Positions 62,435-64,000 of a stretch of DNA of 64,000 bases are shown piece by piece (the stretch's first letter is position 1; each line of letters opens with the position of its first letter). The position numbers and the translations under genes are program-made. The notes beneath the pieces are model-generated. The model was not told where the DNA came from. It searched no databases and saw only the letters and a list, made by a program, of their open reading frames with translations. This stretch comes from Phoronis australis (taxonomy: Eukaryota; Animalia; Phoronida): assembly GCA_002633005.1 (NCBI GenBank), contig NMRA01000030.1, positions 566,477 through 630,476 of the forward strand. Direction: 5' to 3'.

Positions 62435-62590
62435 TTGCTAGAAATTTAGGTGCTATAAATGTGGACATCCTAGTGCTCATGGTGGAAATTTGGGGTTCCC
62501 AGGGCTAGTGTTGAATATTTGAAATTTGGGGTTCTCAGGCTAGTGGTGGAAATTTGGGGTCCTAGGTTTAGTGTTGGAAGTTCAGGAAAT
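62435..62590. repeat. Short degenerate tandem repeat (tagtggtggaaatttggggtt)
   Basis: 4-5 imperfect copies. Confidence 0.6.
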
Positions 62591-63056
62591 TTATGATGGA
62601 TCTGTGTGGGATATGAGAAAATGACTATTTCTCAACTTATGATATTGATTCTCGCTTTTTGCATTGTTTTTGGAGGATTCACGATCCCAGAGAGAGCTCA
62701 CTTATATTGATATTGATATGCTATTACTTGATGCGATAGCCACTGAGAGATGACAAATCTGACCACTTTGTTTTCAGTCATTTCTGGTGTTCTCGGGACT
62801 GGAACTCTAAAGTATCGTATGAATTCATGGACAATTTTGTTGAAAAGATGAACTTAGATCAGCATCAATGCTTTAAAATTATTGGAATGCATTGAAAACA
62901 CCTATGCTGTCCAATCTTGGGTTACAGGTGTTCTAGAGACATTCATGTCAAATGTGTGTCACCTACCAATTGCAGTAGACTTGACAGGTGTTCATAAATA
63001 CACAGTGCCCATTAGGTTCAGTGAAAATATTCCTGACAGTCTTTGCTGTGTGAGTA

Positions 63057-63380
63057 TTGTATAACCTCGATGACTTGTATTCCAAGCTGGGATTTATGAA
63101 AGTGAAACAAAGAAATAAATATCTCTCTGCCTGTTGTATGTACAGATGTATCAATGGCTTGGCTCCAGCATATCTCGGCCAAAAATTCAATAGCAGTCAA
63201 GCTGTATATTCTACACGGTCTTCAGTTGCTGGAAATGTGTCTTTAAAAAAATTAAAACAGAGACCGGCAAGAGATATTTTATCTATGCTGCTGCTACAAT
63301 ATGGAATTCTCTTAGCCCAGAAATTAAACGGTCCGATTCAGTTGATATTTTCAAACGTAATATTAAAAAGTGGCTGTAAT
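63057..63380 (+). mobile_element. 3' fragment of an L2/CR1-group LINE ORF2
   Basis: LYSKLGF..VKQR......MYRCINGLAPAYL, then after a frameshift FIYAAATIWNSL. This is a typical LINE ORF2 C-terminus. Confidence 0.7.
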
Positions 63381-64000
63381 TTACCTAACCTTTTTTACCC
63401 TACCTGTTTCAATCATGTCATTCTTTCCATTATCATAAATACTGTCACTGTCATCTCTATTTTTTCATCTTTCATAGTATATATTTCACCATTTTTCGTC
63501 AGTTATTTATTTTTTTAATTCTCAACCTGTTGCAATGGGGCTATTCGGAGAATTCTCCTCGTGGTGTCGCTGCTGTACTAGTGGTGATTAAATTGCGCAT
63601 GCGTGGCTGTCTGCATGTAAACAAATGGTAAAAGATGGAATTTTTATCAAAATACGTCGTCGCGCTAAGCCTTATTACTGCTAATTTCCTTGGTGCAAGT
63701 CTTCGACAGGTGGCCACAAATTCCCAAAAGACCTAAGGTTACTATATCCGTGGACAATTGCGGTCAACAAGGTCAACTAACTGACAAAAAGTGCGTGAAT
63801 GCTGAAGCCCCGTGTGAGCTCTATGACTATGCAGTTCCATTCAAAGACTACACAACATTACTTGGTAAGTTTTTAGCAATCAGTTTCTATCAACATCGTT
63901 CGGTGATGTTATCCCCACCAGTTACCCCACTGAATAACAGCTTTATTGAGTCGAACTAAGCGTTTCTTTTTGGAAACTCACCCGATGCCGGGTAGGCTAG

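Noticed and set aside
63690-63959. ORF considered as the missing last GAMT exon
   Set aside because: It has no similarity to the conserved GAMT C-terminus (ETQxPxLxEAGF...PPxxCRYY). That exon is probably beyond the window.

Overview
AT-rich animal genomic DNA, most likely a marine invertebrate bilaterian, from a draft assembly with N gaps. It holds two intron-containing genes on the + strand. The first is a complete guanine deaminase (GDA): 12 coding exons at 21743-48756, 1371 nt = 456 aa + stop, all GT-AG with consistent phases and the metal/catalytic motifs intact. The second is a guanidinoacetate N-methyltransferase (GAMT): four exons at 53229-60322, with the last exon apparently beyond the window. 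Most of the rest is transposon-derived or tandemly repeated. A ~9 kb nest upstream of GDA is up to six layers deep (RTEX-like LINE > Kolobok-like > Academ-like > Penelope-like > CACTA-like > 5-bp-TSD MITE). There are also Tc2/pogo-like and Harbinger-like non-autonomous elements, two Helentron-type non-autonomous elements (HINEs), CR1/L2 LINE relics, a tRNA-derived SINE and several minisatellites. Most ORFs in the supplied track are spurious. I found no clearly new gene system. The strongest leads are: a HINE-borne array of ~11 co-oriented CTCF-like motifs at ~145-bp spacing in the last visible GAMT intron; a HINE with a tandemly amplified 3' terminus; a tandemly duplicated in-frame splice donor in GDA; a MITE carrying a tRNA-like Pol III module; and a decayed Tudor-like domain. 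Family assignments come from motif recognition by eye, not database searches.
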